Source: Eggerthellales bacterium (GTDB taxonomy: Bacteria > Actinomycetota > Coriobacteriia > Coriobacteriales > Eggerthellaceae). From it: 61,772 bases of DNA. The notes beneath the pieces are model-generated. The model was not told where the DNA came from, did no database searches, and worked only from the letters and a program-made list of their open reading frames with translations. Every line of letters starts with the position of its first letter. Position 1 is the stretch's first letter. The stretch is from assembly GCA_029101185.1 (NCBI GenBank), contig JAQXQN010000054.1:1-61772 (forward strand), written 5' to 3'. This document shows positions 37,710 to 47,951 of the stretch, piece by piece. A program made the translations under genes and the position numbers.

Positions 37710-38488
37710 GCCCACTCCTCCAGTTCAGAATCCTCGAGCACTAACTCACCAGAGCCCTCAACATACGAAATAACAATATCCCCGAAGGGATCCTCCTGCA
37801 CAAGCTCAACCATGGAGCGTTTATACAGTTCCAAAACGGCCAGGAAGCTGACCACCTTCACAGGAACGCTGGACGCTTCGCCAAGCAATTCTGAAAACAT
37901 CATCCGCTTGCGGGTTGCGAGCCTTTGATGAATGGCCCGCACATGGGTCTCAACGGGGATGGGCTTCGCGGCGATATGTTCGCTTTCAAGCAGCACCACC
38001 TCCCTGCGTGCCATGGCTCGGGCGCACAGAAAGGCCAGGCTATCAAGGGTGACCCCAGAGAGAAAGTCAACAGAGAGGTTTGAGAACTCCTCGTCGGGGC
38101 CCACCCATCGCCCATGGATCTTGGATTCCAGCTCATAGCGAGCACCCAGGGCCGCCGCCGCATTCTTGTACTGTTTATACTCCAGAAGACGGTTGACCAG
38201 GATATCCCGGGCCTCAGAGGGCGAAAGGTCCTCAAGCTCCTCTTCAACCTCGTCTGCATCCGAAGGAATCAGAGAAGTGGCCTTTATCTCAAGCAACGTG
38301 GCCGCAACCAGCAGAAAGTCTGAGGCAACCTCCAGGTCAAGATACTTGATCCGCTCCACGTAAGCCAGATACTGATCCACAATCTGGGTGATGGAGATGG
38401 ATCCGATGTCAATGCGGTCTCTACTCACCAGGTAGAGCAGCAGGTCGAAGGGACCTTCGAAGTTATCCAGTCGCACACGATACGCCAT
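37706..38488 (-). CDS. scpA: Segregation/condensation protein ScpA
   Basis: FEGPFDLLLYL, SDFLLVAATLLEIK, FLAVLELYK. Confidence 0.95.
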   Translation of the reverse strand: MAYRVRLDNFEGPFDLLLYLVSRDRIDIGSISITQIVDQYLAYVERIKYLDLEVASDFLLVAATLLEIKATSLIPSDADEVEEELEDLSPSEARDILVNRLLEYKQYKNAAAALGARYELESKIHGRWVGPDEEFSNLSVDFLSGVTLDSLAFLCARAMARREVVLLESEHIAAKPIPVETHVRAIHQRLATRKRMMFSELLGEASSVPVKVVSFLAVLELYKRSMVELVQEDPFGDIVISYVEGSGELVLEDSELEEWA

Positions 38489-38496
38489 GGGTGCTC

Positions 38497-39174
38497 CTAC
38501 AGCCCCGCAGGAAGAAGCAGCGACGCAAGGCTGCCCGCCGTTGCATTCAGGTATATGCCAATAGGATTGATATGAAGGATGTAGGGGACCAGAATCACCA
38601 CCGCCATGAAGATGGGAAGGGCGTATGCCTGAATCCGATAGTAAGAAGCCAGCTGCTTATTGGAGAGGAACAGGGCAATAACGCTTGAGCCATCAAGTGG
38701 CGGAATGGGAATGAGGTTAAAGAACATGAAGTACAGGTTAATCCGAATAAAGGTAGGAAGAAACACCAGATAGAAGACGGAAAAGACCAGCGATCCCCCA
38801 AGTCCCGCTGACATAAGAGGACTAAAAAGCCAGACAAGGGCTGCTCCAATAAGTGCCATGACCAGGTTTGCCGCAGGTCCGGCAAGCCCAACAATGGCCT
38901 CACCTTTCCTACGGTCCTTGAAATACAGCGGGTTATAGGGGACCGGTTTGGCGTACCCGAATACCGGACCTCCCATGAACATAAGGATGGCAGGCAGGAT
39001 GACGGTACCAAATGGGTCAATGTGTCTCAGGGGGTTGAGACTCAACCGCCCTTGGGACCGTGCCGTGGGATCTCCGAGCTTACTTGCGGCAAAGCCATGG
39101 GCCACCTCGTGAAACACGATGGCGGGAACAAAGCTGAGCACCTGGCAGACTATGAAGATAACGGTAATGTTCAT
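38497..39174 (-). CDS. Site-2 protease family (M50) membrane metalloprotease
   Basis: HEVAH, GRLSLNPLRHIDPFG, AGPAAN, FNLIPIPPLDG. Confidence 0.93.
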   Translation of the reverse strand: MNITVIFIVCQVLSFVPAIVFHEVAHGFAASKLGDPTARSQGRLSLNPLRHIDPFGTVILPAILMFMGGPVFGYAKPVPYNPLYFKDRRKGEAIVGLAGPAANLVMALIGAALVWLFSPLMSAGLGGSLVFSVFYLVFLPTFIRINLYFMFFNLIPIPPLDGSSVIALFLSNKQLASYYRIQAYALPIFMAVVILVPYILHINPIGIYLNATAGSLASLLLPAGL

Positions 39175-39226
39175 AACTCAGACATTCTACCTCATGGCAA
39201 CCCTGGCAAAAAAACCAGCGGCAACC

Positions 39227-39706
39227 TTACACCAAATGGGGAAAGCCCATCTGCTGGAGAGCCTCATAGGAGGCCACGGCAACCGCGTTGCTCACATTCA
39301 GGCTGCGCTGATTCTCGCACATCGGGATACGCACACACCTCTGCTCGAAATCGGCAAGCCACCGCGAATCAAGCCCGCGGCTTTCCCTGCCAAACACCAA
39401 ATAGCAACCAGGGACATAGGATACCTGGTCAAAACGACGAGTGCTTTTACCGGTAAATAGAAATAGCGAGTCTTCTCCGTGCTCCTGGAAAAATTTCTCG
39501 GCGCTAGGCCAATGGCGGATCTCCACGTCATCCCAGTAATCACATCCACTGCGCTTGAGATTGCGCTCCGTCAGCCGAAACCCCATAGGCTCCACCAGAT
39601 GCAGATGCGCGCCAATGCAGGCGCAGGTTCGGGCGATGTTGCCCGTATTTTGGGGTATCTCAGGCTCAACCAGCACGATATTGAGGATACCTTCCCCAGC
39701 CTCCAC
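39227..39706 (-). CDS. trmL: tRNA (cytidine/uridine(34)-2'-O)-methyltransferase
   Basis: LNIVLVEPEIPQNTGNIARTC, FGRESRGL, RSLNVSNAVA. Confidence 0.94.
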   Translation of the reverse strand: MEAGEGILNIVLVEPEIPQNTGNIARTCACIGAHLHLVEPMGFRLTERNLKRSGCDYWDDVEIRHWPSAEKFFQEHGEDSLFLFTGKSTRRFDQVSYVPGCYLVFGRESRGLDSRWLADFEQRCVRIPMCENQRSLNVSNAVAVASYEALQQMGFPHLV

Positions 39707-41853
39707 TACATCATCTCCTTCTGACGACGCATCTCCTCTTCCAGCTCCTCGGATAGCTCCAGCCACTCCTCCTCAGCTTCCCCGAGACGCTTCTTAAGCA
39801 TGGCATGCTCTGCGATGGCATCACTAGAAGCAGACTCGTTGATGTAGAAATCCGGATCCGCCATAAGCGTAAGCAATTCTTCAAGCCGCGCGGAATCCTG
39901 GGCGATCTGCTTATCAAGAACAGCAAGACGCTGCCGCTGGTTTTTCAGCAACGCATAGGCACGATTACGAGCCTCTGCCTCTTTGCGTTTCTGCTCCTTG
40001 CTCTTAGGGGCGCTCTCTTTTGCCGCGGTCAACCCCGCACCAGCCGCAGAAGAGCCACCAGCTGCCCCCTTTACCTGAAGGGGCGAAGCGCCCTGAGCGC
40101 CACCTTGACCCTTGGCCTGAGTCTCGGGTTTTGATTGGGAGGTGGCTTTTGCCAGTGATGCCGCCTTGGCCTTGGTTCTGGAGTCCTTAGTATGGGTTGC
40201 ACCCTCCGGTTGGTTCAAGAAGTCCTCAATGCTTGCGGCAGAAAGGTCCTTGCCTTGTTCAAGCTGGCCGGACTTGAACAGATAGTAATCATAATCACCA
40301 TCGAAGACCGTGACCCTGCCAGGCTCCACATGGACAATTCTGTTAGCGACGGACCTGATAAGATGGCGGTCGTGAGTAATCAGGACAATGGTGCCCTCAA
40401 ACTTATTCAAGGCCTGCTCGAGCACGTCCGTAGAGGCAATGTCCAGGTGGTTGGTGGGTTCGTCAAGACACAGCAGGGGCCGTGGCGCCACGAGCATCTT
40501 TGCCAATGCGAGCCTGCACTTTTCGCCACCGGAAAGCACGCTGATGCGCTTATCCACAGCGTCATTCTCAAACAGGAAGGCTCCCAGAAGGTTGCGCACC
40601 TGGCTTTGGGTCCAGCCTGGAGCAACCTTGTCCAGTTCCTCAAACACGGTGTTGCCAGGGTAGAGCTCATCAAGCTGGTGCTGGGCGAAATAGGTCTTGG
40701 ACACGTTCACGCCGTATTCGATGGTGCCGCAATCGGGGGCAAGCACCCCGGCAATCATCTTAAGCAGCGTGGATTTTCCTGCGCCATTAGGGCCCACTAG
40801 GGCAACCTTCTGGCCCCTGAACAGGGACAGGTCAAAGTTATCGTAGACGTGTTTCTCCCCGAAATGCTTGGTGACTCCCGTCAGGCGAACCACCATGTCA
40901 CCGGTGCGGGGAGGCTGGATGAAGTTGAACCGCACGGACTTGCGTTCCTGGGGGACCACGATGCGCTGGATCTTCTCAAGCTTCTTAACCCGGTCCTGGA
41001 CCTGCTTGGCCTTGGTGGGCTTATAGCGAAACTTTTCGATGAAGGCCTCCATGTGGGCAATCTCTTGGGTCTGCTTTTCTGCGGCCTGTTTGATGCGCTG
41101 GAGATTCTCCTCACGTTGACGCAGATAGGATGAGTAATTTCCCTTGTAGAGCTGAATCTGGCCGTTATCGATCTCCGCAATCCGGTCCACCATGTTGTCC
41201 ATGAAGGCCCGGTCATGAGAGACCACTATAACCGCACCCTCATAACCCCGCAAAAAGCCTTCCAGCCACTTGACGCTTTCCAGGTCAAGATGGTTGGTGG
41301 GCTCGTCAAGGAGCAGCAAATCAGGCTTGCGAATCAAAAGCTTGGCAAGGGCGATGCGCATCTGCCAGCCACCGGAGAACTCGGACGTGAGCCGTGCCAT
41401 GTCCGCTTCGCCAAATCCTAGGCCAAAGAGTACGGACCTGACCTGGGATTCCAGGGCGTAACCTCCCATGGACTCATACAAGTCCCGGGTGCGGCCGCAC
41501 TGGGCTAGCTGCTCAGGGGTGGGGTTGGTGCCAAGATTTGCCTCAAGCTCATGGAGCCGCCGCTCAAGATTGAGAATCTCGGATTGGGAGGAAATGACCT
41601 CCTCAAAGATGCTGCGATCCTCCATCTCGATGGCTTCCTGCTCAAGGTAGCCAATCTGAGCGCCCTTAGCGAAGACCACCTGGCCTTCATCGGCGTACTC
41701 GTGGCCGGTGATGATCTTGAGTAAGGTGGTCTTTCCTGCGCCGTTAGGGCCCACAAGGGCCATGCGATCGTGGGCCACGATGCGCATGCTGACATCGGAG
41801 AACAGGACCCTGCCTCCAAAACTTTTGGAGATGTGTTCAAGCTGCATTATCAT
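39706..41853 (-). CDS. ABC-F family ribosome-associated ATPase
   Basis: Two NBDs ([28 protein letters not shown]), no TM, C-terminal coiled coil. Confidence 0.93.
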   Translation of the reverse strand: MIMQLEHISKSFGGRVLFSDVSMRIVAHDRMALVGPNGAGKTTLLKIITGHEYADEGQVVFAKGAQIGYLEQEAIEMEDRSIFEEVISSQSEILNLERRLHELEANLGTNPTPEQLAQCGRTRDLYESMGGYALESQVRSVLFGLGFGEADMARLTSEFSGGWQMRIALAKLLIRKPDLLLLDEPTNHLDLESVKWLEGFLRGYEGAVIVVSHDRAFMDNMVDRIAEIDNGQIQLYKGNYSSYLRQREENLQRIKQAAEKQTQEIAHMEAFIEKFRYKPTKAKQVQDRVKKLEKIQRIVVPQERKSVRFNFIQPPRTGDMVVRLTGVTKHFGEKHVYDNFDLSLFRGQKVALVGPNGAGKSTLLKMIAGVLAPDCGTIEYGVNVSKTYFAQHQLDELYPGNTVFEELDKVAPGWTQSQVRNLLGAFLFENDAVDKRISVLSGGEKCRLALAKMLVAPRPLLCLDEPTNHLDIASTDVLEQALNKFEGTIVLITHDRHLIRSVANRIVHVEPGRVTVFDGDYDYYLFKSGQLEQGKDLSAASIEDFLNQPEGATHTKDSRTKAKAASLAKATSQSKPETQAKGQGGAQGASPLQVKGAAGGSSAAGAGLTAAKESAPKSKEQKRKEAEARNRAYALLKNQRQRLAVLDKQIAQDSARLEELLTLMADPDFYINESASSDAIAEHAMLKKRLGEAEEEWLELSEELEEEMRRQKEMM

Positions 41854-41875
41854 GTTTGTCACCAATCAGGCAGGA

Positions 41876-43390
41876 CTACCAGTGCACAATCACCGGGTCT
41901 CCCACCTTCACCAATTCGTATAGTTCAGCTGCCGCATCCAAAGGAAGATTGACGCACCCATGGCTTCCCGCCCAGGTGTAGGCCTGGTTATTACCCCAGT
42001 AGGAAGCAGCCTGCCACGTGGCGTCGTGAAGGCCGTACGTGTTTCCCTTGAACGGCATCCAGTAGTCAACAGGAGATCGGTACTCAGGTTCACCAGTCTC
42101 AGGATCCTTCTTACCCACCAGCACGATGTTGGTCTGCTTGGCCTTAAGCCAATACAAACCCGTAGGGGTGTTGCTCTTGCCATCGGGAAGGCCAGTGATT
42201 ACTGGAGAGTCCCAGAGCACTTCCCCATCGGCATTAATGTAGTAGGCCCACTGCTCAGACAGATCAACATCAATATAAGCCCCCCAGTCCTGGCCGATGG
42301 CAGTCCAGCCGTTGCCGTACTCCACGCAGTCAATATAGACATCGCCGGTAGTGCCGTTGACAATAGATTCGAGAATGGTTTCCTCTACCACGCTCTCATC
42401 AACCACCCAACCATAGTCTCCACCACTCGCGGTAACCTCTTTCCCGTCGGGGCGGGTATAGGTGCGCTCAGAGCCGATGGTGTTCAAAGAGTCAGCAAAC
42501 GCGGAAACCCATGACTTCATAGCTTCACTATCAAGGGTGGGGACCCCAGTTTCATCAAAGGAGATCCACGTACTGATGAGATTGCCGTTAATCTCCTGGA
42601 TGACCATGTCCGAACCAGCTACCTTGAGGGTGAAGTTGCACGTGATCAAAGCGTTCGCGTCTGAGGCGCTTTTCTGGAGGCCCTCATCCTGGGATGTGAG
42701 AACGGGCTGAAGTATGTGCTCGGAAGTCAAGGGGACGGAGGATTCCAGATTGGTGATGGACTGAAGGCATGCCGAAAGGACCTTCTCAGGATCTAGCTGG
42801 GTTCCCACCACCTCTCGGGCCACCTCATACTGAAGACTGGACTTATTATAGAAGACGTAGGCGTCCTGGGATGGCTCCGCGGATTGGTTGAAAGCTCCCA
42901 CCTCCCGATACACCACATCTTGGAGAGAAGTTTTACTTGAGGAGAATTCCAGGAAGGAGGACACGTCATGATCCTCAAATAGAGCGACAGGCCAGATCCA
43001 GGCGTTCTCGGAATCAAGGGCGGTAGCGCTCACCTTCAACGAGTCCACCTCAATACCGCTGTCTTGTGAGTCAATGGTGAAGTCAAGCCCCTGCCCTGAC
43101 ACATGAAGAGTGAAATCCCGCGCAATCGTGTCAATCTTTCCCGAGGCTTCCGACACGGTATTCAGAGACAGATCCAAGCTGCCCATGGTGGTATTGGGAA
43201 AGAAATGGCTCATAAAGTAAATAGCGCCGCCCACGTAAACGCTGGCAACCGCAGCCGCTAGCACGCCGAGCCCAATGATTAGGCCCTTATGGACGGGACG
43301 GGATTTCTTGACCTCAAATGCAGGGGCAACATGAGACTGGCTTGACTCTTTGGCCATGTCTGTACGGGAATGCTTAGCCACGATTATCAA
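41876..43390 (-). CDS. L,D-transpeptidase (YkuD) with N-terminal TM and PG-binding domains
   Basis: IDVDLSEQ, TPTG, YWMPF, GLHDA...GSHGCVNL. Confidence 0.92.
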   Translation of the reverse strand: MIIVAKHSRTDMAKESSQSHVAPAFEVKKSRPVHKGLIIGLGVLAAAVASVYVGGAIYFMSHFFPNTTMGSLDLSLNTVSEASGKIDTIARDFTLHVSGQGLDFTIDSQDSGIEVDSLKVSATALDSENAWIWPVALFEDHDVSSFLEFSSSKTSLQDVVYREVGAFNQSAEPSQDAYVFYNKSSLQYEVAREVVGTQLDPEKVLSACLQSITNLESSVPLTSEHILQPVLTSQDEGLQKSASDANALITCNFTLKVAGSDMVIQEINGNLISTWISFDETGVPTLDSEAMKSWVSAFADSLNTIGSERTYTRPDGKEVTASGGDYGWVVDESVVEETILESIVNGTTGDVYIDCVEYGNGWTAIGQDWGAYIDVDLSEQWAYYINADGEVLWDSPVITGLPDGKSNTPTGLYWLKAKQTNIVLVGKKDPETGEPEYRSPVDYWMPFKGNTYGLHDATWQAASYWGNNQAYTWAGSHGCVNLPLDAAAELYELVKVGDPVIVHW

Positions 43391-43587
43391 TAACTCCTAC
43401 AAGGACGGTATATGTACATGCAATTACTGGAATTGCGCATAGACCGTCTCAGTATATCAATGCTGGAATTCCCGTGAACAGGAATACCGCCAGCGGAGAA
43501 ACTCCACAAGGCTTTGCCATCTGCCACATTGATAACGTCGAGGTGTTCCATGGGACACCTTGCCAACAAGCCCGAAAGATCAGGGTA

Positions 43588-43617
43588 CAAAAAAAGACCG
43601 ACACTGCCGGTCTTTTG
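43588..43617 (-). terminator. Intrinsic terminator after tRNA-Asn
   Basis: Minus strand AAAAGACCGG-CAGTG-TCGGTCTTTTTTT. Confidence 0.85.
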
Positions 43618-43625
43618 AAGAATCA

Positions 43626-43700
43626 TGGCTCCCCGGGTAGGACTCGAACCTACAACAACTCGATTAACAGTCGAGGGCTCTGCCATTGAGCTACCGAGGA
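43626..43700 (-). tRNA. tRNA-Asn(GTT)
   Basis: TCCTCGGTAGCTCAATGGCAGAGC-CTCGA-CTGTTAA-TCGAG...GGTTCGAGTCC...GGAGCCA. Confidence 0.97.
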
Positions 43701-43704
43701 ATAA

Positions 43705-43779
43705 TGGTGGTCGCTACAGGATTTGAACCTGTGACCCCCGCCGTGTGAAGGCGATGCTCTACCGCTGAGCCAAGCGACC
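43705..43779 (-). tRNA. tRNA-Val(CAC)
   Basis: GGTCGCTTGGCTCAGCGGTAGAGCA-TCGCC-TTCACAC-GGCGG...ACCACCA; promoter TTGATT-17-TAATAT (43803-43831). Confidence 0.97.
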
Positions 43780-43851
43780 AAGTGCGCCGAACGCAAGTAG
43801 ATATATTATCCATTTCCACGTTCGGAATCAAGAGGGAATTTCAAAAAGTTT

Positions 43852-43926
43852 TGGTGGGCCCAGCAGGGCTCGAACCTGCAACCAAGGGATTATGAGTCCC
43901 CTGCTCCGCCATTGAGCTATAGGCCC
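43852..43926 (-). tRNA. tRNA with CAT anticodon, most likely tRNA-Ile2 (lysidine)
   Basis: GGGCCTATAGCTCAATGGCGGAGC-GGGGA-CTCATAA-TCCCT...GGGCCCACCA; paired G1:C72 excludes the initiator; Ile-like acceptor stem. Confidence 0.9.
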
Positions 43927-44065
43927 ACAGGGGCGTTATTCTATCCCAATTATCCTTAGGCACAATGGGGATATTGACGAATTTACAATACCCGCACGCG
44001 GCACTCACCCCTACCCATGCGCGACTCAGCCGATACCCAGCATCTAGGGACGCTTCGCTAAGGTA

Positions 44066-46027
44066 TTACTCAAGCAGCCCCAACGAGGCATGGGCATCAC
44101 GCAAATCTCGAAGCTGGGCCTGCATGAGCACCACCTTGCGGTACTCGGTATCGTATTCCTCCTCGCTCAGACGCCCCCCTTCCTCTTTAAGCGTCCTGGT
44201 GACCTCGAAGATGGATTCCTCAAGGTCTCCCATGGCAATCTCCTCAAGTAGGAACTGGGCCAAAACCTCCGTGGGCACGTCGTCGCGGACCTGAGAGGCG
44301 GTAAGAATATGGGAGGCGGCGGGATACAGCGCAGACACACTCATAAGCAGACTTGCGCTATCCTGGGTGGGATCCGCCTCTAGGGCATCAAGGATGTATT
44401 TGGACAGGGCTTCATGGGCGGGATCGTGCCAGGTGGTGGTCATCAGCACCGACGCCGCCCCAAAGGCAACCTCAGGTTGGGCGATACACAGGCACAACAG
44501 CTCCCGTTCTATCCCCAATCGTTGGCGCTGCTTAGCCGTCAAAGGTGCCGTCTGAACTGCAGGTGTGCCCATGACGGCAGATCCCTCGCTGGCATACTGC
44601 TCCGAGACGAGATTGCTCTGAGCAGGCACCGAGGACGCATCCTCCATGGCCATAACCCGCGGCACCGGCGTTTTCGCTAGCCGCTCTATAACGCTGGAAG
44701 GCTCCACGAGCAGCCTGTCAGCGATATATCCTGCGTATTCCTGGGCCATGAGGGACTGCTTGATAGGGGCAAGCAGCTCCAGGCACTCCTTTAGGGCCAC
44801 GCCCTTTTGCCCGTAATCCTTTAGGTCAAAGCGGGAGAGTTTGCGGTCTATGGCATAGCGCAGCAATGGCGAAGCGTCCTCAAGCAGTTGATTAAGTGCG
44901 TCCACACCCCGCTGGATCACAAAATCCGCCGGGTCAAGCCCATCAGGCAGCGTCACGGCGCACAGCTGTATCTGAGAGCGGCCCGCCTCAGGCAGCATGC
45001 TCTCATCAAGAAACTTTGCCGCGCGGTCACAGGCCCGCTGGCCCGCCTCGTCTCCGTCAAAGAGGTATACAATGCGCCGCTTCGCATGACGGGACAAAGC
45101 CCGCACATGCTGCTTGGTCAGAGCGGTGCCTAAGGTTGCCACCACGTTTTTCACCCCCGCCTCGTGGAGGATGATCACATCCGTGTACCCTTCGACAATA
45201 ATCGCGGTACCTGTTGCGGCCATGGCGCCCTTGGCCTTTTCTATACCGTAGAGGACCTCGGATTTATGGAAAATGGCGGTCTCTTGGCTATTGAGGTATT
45301 TGGGCTCACCTTTACCTACCACCCGTCCGCCAAAGGCGATAACCTCTCCGTCGATGTCGCGGATGGGAAACATGATGCGGTTAAAGAACCGGTCTTTCAC
45401 CTGATTGATGGAGTAGGTTACCCCATCCCTTGAAGATCCGCCCGTTCGTGTATCCCGCAAGGGGGCAAGAGCCACGTTTGCCTCCACCATCTCAGTGGGG
45501 GTAAAGCCCAATGAGGAAAGATGCCTGATCAGGCTGCCCTGGCCTGGGGCAAAGCCCAAAGTCCAATCCTTGGAGACTTTTGAGCCAAGGTCCCGAGCCC
45601 CCAGATATCTGCGAGCTTCTTGGACCGCCGAGGAGCGCCCCCGCATCAGCTGAGTATGATAAAACTCGGCGGTGGCATTGCACACGTCTTTAAGCCGAGC
45701 CTTCTTACCTCGGGAGATCACCGTTGCCGCATCTTCGGTGAGCTCAATGTTGGCACGCTTCGCCAAATCCCTGACTGCATCTAAGAATCCCACCTCATCA
45801 CGTTTCATGACGAAGCTGAACACGTCGCCCCCCTGACTACAGCCGAAGCAATGCCACAGCTGGGTGTTGGGGTCAATTTTGAAAGAGGGGGTTTTCTCGC
45901 CGTGGAAGGGGCAGCAGCCCCAGAAGTCACGGCCCTTCTGCCGAAGGGTCATGCGTTCTGCAGCAATGGACACAAGGTCGCTTGCCTCTCGGACTCGGCG
46001 GATGTCGTCGTCGGAGATTCCCGCCAC
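44066..46027 (-). CDS. dnaG: DNA primase
   Basis: CPFHGEKTPSF...CFGC, PKYLNS, VEGYTDV, FDGDEAG, DPAD. Confidence 0.97.
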   Translation of the reverse strand: MAGISDDDIRRVREASDLVSIAAERMTLRQKGRDFWGCCPFHGEKTPSFKIDPNTQLWHCFGCSQGGDVFSFVMKRDEVGFLDAVRDLAKRANIELTEDAATVISRGKKARLKDVCNATAEFYHTQLMRGRSSAVQEARRYLGARDLGSKVSKDWTLGFAPGQGSLIRHLSSLGFTPTEMVEANVALAPLRDTRTGGSSRDGVTYSINQVKDRFFNRIMFPIRDIDGEVIAFGGRVVGKGEPKYLNSQETAIFHKSEVLYGIEKAKGAMAATGTAIIVEGYTDVIILHEAGVKNVVATLGTALTKQHVRALSRHAKRRIVYLFDGDEAGQRACDRAAKFLDESMLPEAGRSQIQLCAVTLPDGLDPADFVIQRGVDALNQLLEDASPLLRYAIDRKLSRFDLKDYGQKGVALKECLELLAPIKQSLMAQEYAGYIADRLLVEPSSVIERLAKTPVPRVMAMEDASSVPAQSNLVSEQYASEGSAVMGTPAVQTAPLTAKQRQRLGIERELLCLCIAQPEVAFGAASVLMTTTWHDPAHEALSKYILDALEADPTQDSASLLMSVSALYPAASHILTASQVRDDVPTEVLAQFLLEEIAMGDLEESIFEVTRTLKEEGGRLSEEEYDTEYRKVVLMQAQLRDLRDAHASLGLLE

Positions 46028-46036
46028 AGCAACTCC

Positions 46037-46957
46037 TTACAGGTTCTCCCGGGCCCAGGCGATATAGCCCTGCACCGTGGGTATCAGCACGTCAAGGGAC
46101 TCAAACTTAATCAGATGATTGATGAAGTGAACTGGCTCCACGCGGATGGTTGCACCGTAAATGTCATCGTGGAAATCCAGGATGTGGGCTTCACAGATGG
46201 CCGAGGCGTTTTCAAAGGAAGGAGCAACGCCCATAGACATGGCGCATTTGTAGCGGATTCCATCAACATACACATAGGACCCGTACACGCCGTCAGGAAT
46301 AACCCGACGCATATCCTCAAGCATAAGATTTGCCGTGGCAAAGCCCATATCAGCCCCTTCGCCCCGGCCCGCCACCACCTGGGCGGAAAAGGAGTAGGGA
46401 CGCCCCAAGAGATCGTTTGCCTGAGTGATGTGCGCCTCCTGCAGCAAACACCTGATGCGGGTTGCGGAAATTGGGCCCCCATCTGCGCTCTTGAGATCAT
46501 GGGCCATCACCTCTACCCCGCAGTCCTTGCCCCAATAGGCCAGGTCATCCACGTTGCCGCTAGCCCGCCTGCCAAAACGGAAATTGCTACCCACGTGCAG
46601 ATACGCGGGAACGCATCCGCCAAAGGTGGACTCCAGAAAATCCCGTGGGCCCTGGGAGGAGAACTCGGGGGTGAAGGGAAGCACCACCACCGCATCAACA
46701 CCGGTTTGGGAGAGTGCCTCAAAACGCTCCTGATTGGTCATGAGTTTTTTAAGCCGGTCCGCATGGAACCGCTCGTCAGGGTCAATATCAAAGGTGAGGG
46801 CAACAGAACGCCCCCCTGTCTCATGAGCTGTGCTAATGGCCTGATCAATTAGGAACCTATGTCCCAGGTGCACCCCATCAAAGACGCCAAAGGCCACGCT
46901 TGCCCCTGACATAAGCCCCATCTCAAGAGCCCTGTCCTTGTCAAACACCTTGTCCAC
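46037..46957 (-). CDS. ribF: Bifunctional riboflavin kinase / FAD synthetase
   Basis: GVFDGVHLGH, NFRFG, ISATRIR, GFATANL, EAHILDF; GTG after AAGGAG. Confidence 0.95.
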   Translation of the reverse strand: MDKVFDKDRALEMGLMSGASVAFGVFDGVHLGHRFLIDQAISTAHETGGRSVALTFDIDPDERFHADRLKKLMTNQERFEALSQTGVDAVVVLPFTPEFSSQGPRDFLESTFGGCVPAYLHVGSNFRFGRRASGNVDDLAYWGKDCGVEVMAHDLKSADGGPISATRIRCLLQEAHITQANDLLGRPYSFSAQVVAGRGEGADMGFATANLMLEDMRRVIPDGVYGSYVYVDGIRYKCAMSMGVAPSFENASAICEAHILDFHDDIYGATIRVEPVHFINHLIKFESLDVLIPTVQGYIAWARENL

Positions 46958-47951
46958 GAAGCACTCCTTGAGAGAACACGCAGGCGGGCACCAGACCCGT
47001 GCGTTGCTGTTGATACGTATACAATGCCTGCAGGGTGTTACCGTACACCAATGACACCATCTGCCCATCCTGCAGGTCTGAGCATAGGGGCCGCGCACCG
47101 CGACGAGGGCCACAGTCCGCTTCGTCAACCCTACGAGGGGCTTGATAGAAGGTCAAGGCCCGGGCAGAAAGCTTCTGACCGCAGAGCACCGCACGCTGCT
47201 GATCATCGGTGAGGAATGCCATAGGATACCCCAGCAGATACACCGGGTCTAGGGCGCAAGAAAGGCCATGCTGCTCGAGCTGCTCAAGGGTGACGCAATC
47301 CGTGATATCCAGATTTCCAGATGAAATGCGACGCAAAGCAGACACATGAGCAGCGCTACCCAGGGATTCACCCAGGTCGCGTGCAATAGAGCGTATGTAG
47401 GTCCCCTTTGACACGGACAACTGCAAATCCCAGCTGAGACATCCCTGCTCTATCTGGAGGGATTTGAACTGGGCGTCATAGATCTCAATTTCTCGGGCAG
47501 GAAGGTCAAAATCCTTACCCTGTCGCGCCGCCTCATAGGCCTTCACGCCGTTTTTCTTGATTGCAGAATACAGCGGCGGAACCTGGGATTGTTTACCAAT
47601 AAGAAAGGCAGTGCGCACCCCGGCCCATTGCGGGTCATATGCCTCCTCAGGCACAGACGCGCGCCGGATTACTTCGCCCTCAGAATCATCCGTATCCGTG
47701 GCGGACCCAAAGGTCACTCGGACCTGGTAGGTCTTATCATGGAGCACCATATGGGCATCAAGCCTGGTGGCAGCACCTACACACAGGGCCATAGCACCAC
47801 TTGCCAGTGGGTCAAGGGTGCCCGTATGACCCACGCGCCGCTCTCCGAAGATCCTCCGGACCCGATTAACCACGTCGTGGGAGGTCATGCCAGAGGGCTT
47901 GTCAACCCCCATCACGAAGCACAGGCCGCTTTCGCCCCGCTTTGCACCCAT
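46941..47951 (-). CDS. truB: tRNA pseudouridine(55) synthase
   Basis: DKPSGMTSHDVV, GHTGTLDPLASG, SKGTYIRS. Confidence 0.96.
   Translation of the reverse strand: MGAKRGESGLCFVMGVDKPSGMTSHDVVNRVRRIFGERRVGHTGTLDPLASGAMALCVGAATRLDAHMVLHDKTYQVRVTFGSATDTDDSEGEVIRRASVPEEAYDPQWAGVRTAFLIGKQSQVPPLYSAIKKNGVKAYEAARQGKDFDLPAREIEIYDAQFKSLQIEQGCLSWDLQLSVSKGTYIRSIARDLGESLGSAAHVSALRRISSGNLDITDCVTLEQLEQHGLSCALDPVYLLGYPMAFLTDDQQRAVLCGQKLSARALTFYQAPRRVDEADCGPRRGARPLCSDLQDGQMVSLVYGNTLQALYTYQQQRTGLVPACVFSQGVLRGQGV

Noticed and set aside
39688-39706. Non-canonical ATC start for trmL (the Ile aligns with the usual initiator Met)
   Set aside because: A GTG with SD AAGGAG overlapping the ABC-F stop gives a simpler, translationally coupled start.
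43391-43926. Integrative element at the tRNA loci (also tRNA-Pro and tRNA-Arg)
   Set aside because: No integrase, no duplicated tRNA 3' end seen, and flanking genes are core.
43852-43926. Initiator tRNA-fMet
   Set aside because: Has a G1:C72 pair and an Ile-type acceptor stem; elongator Met is not fully excluded without tRNAscan-SE.
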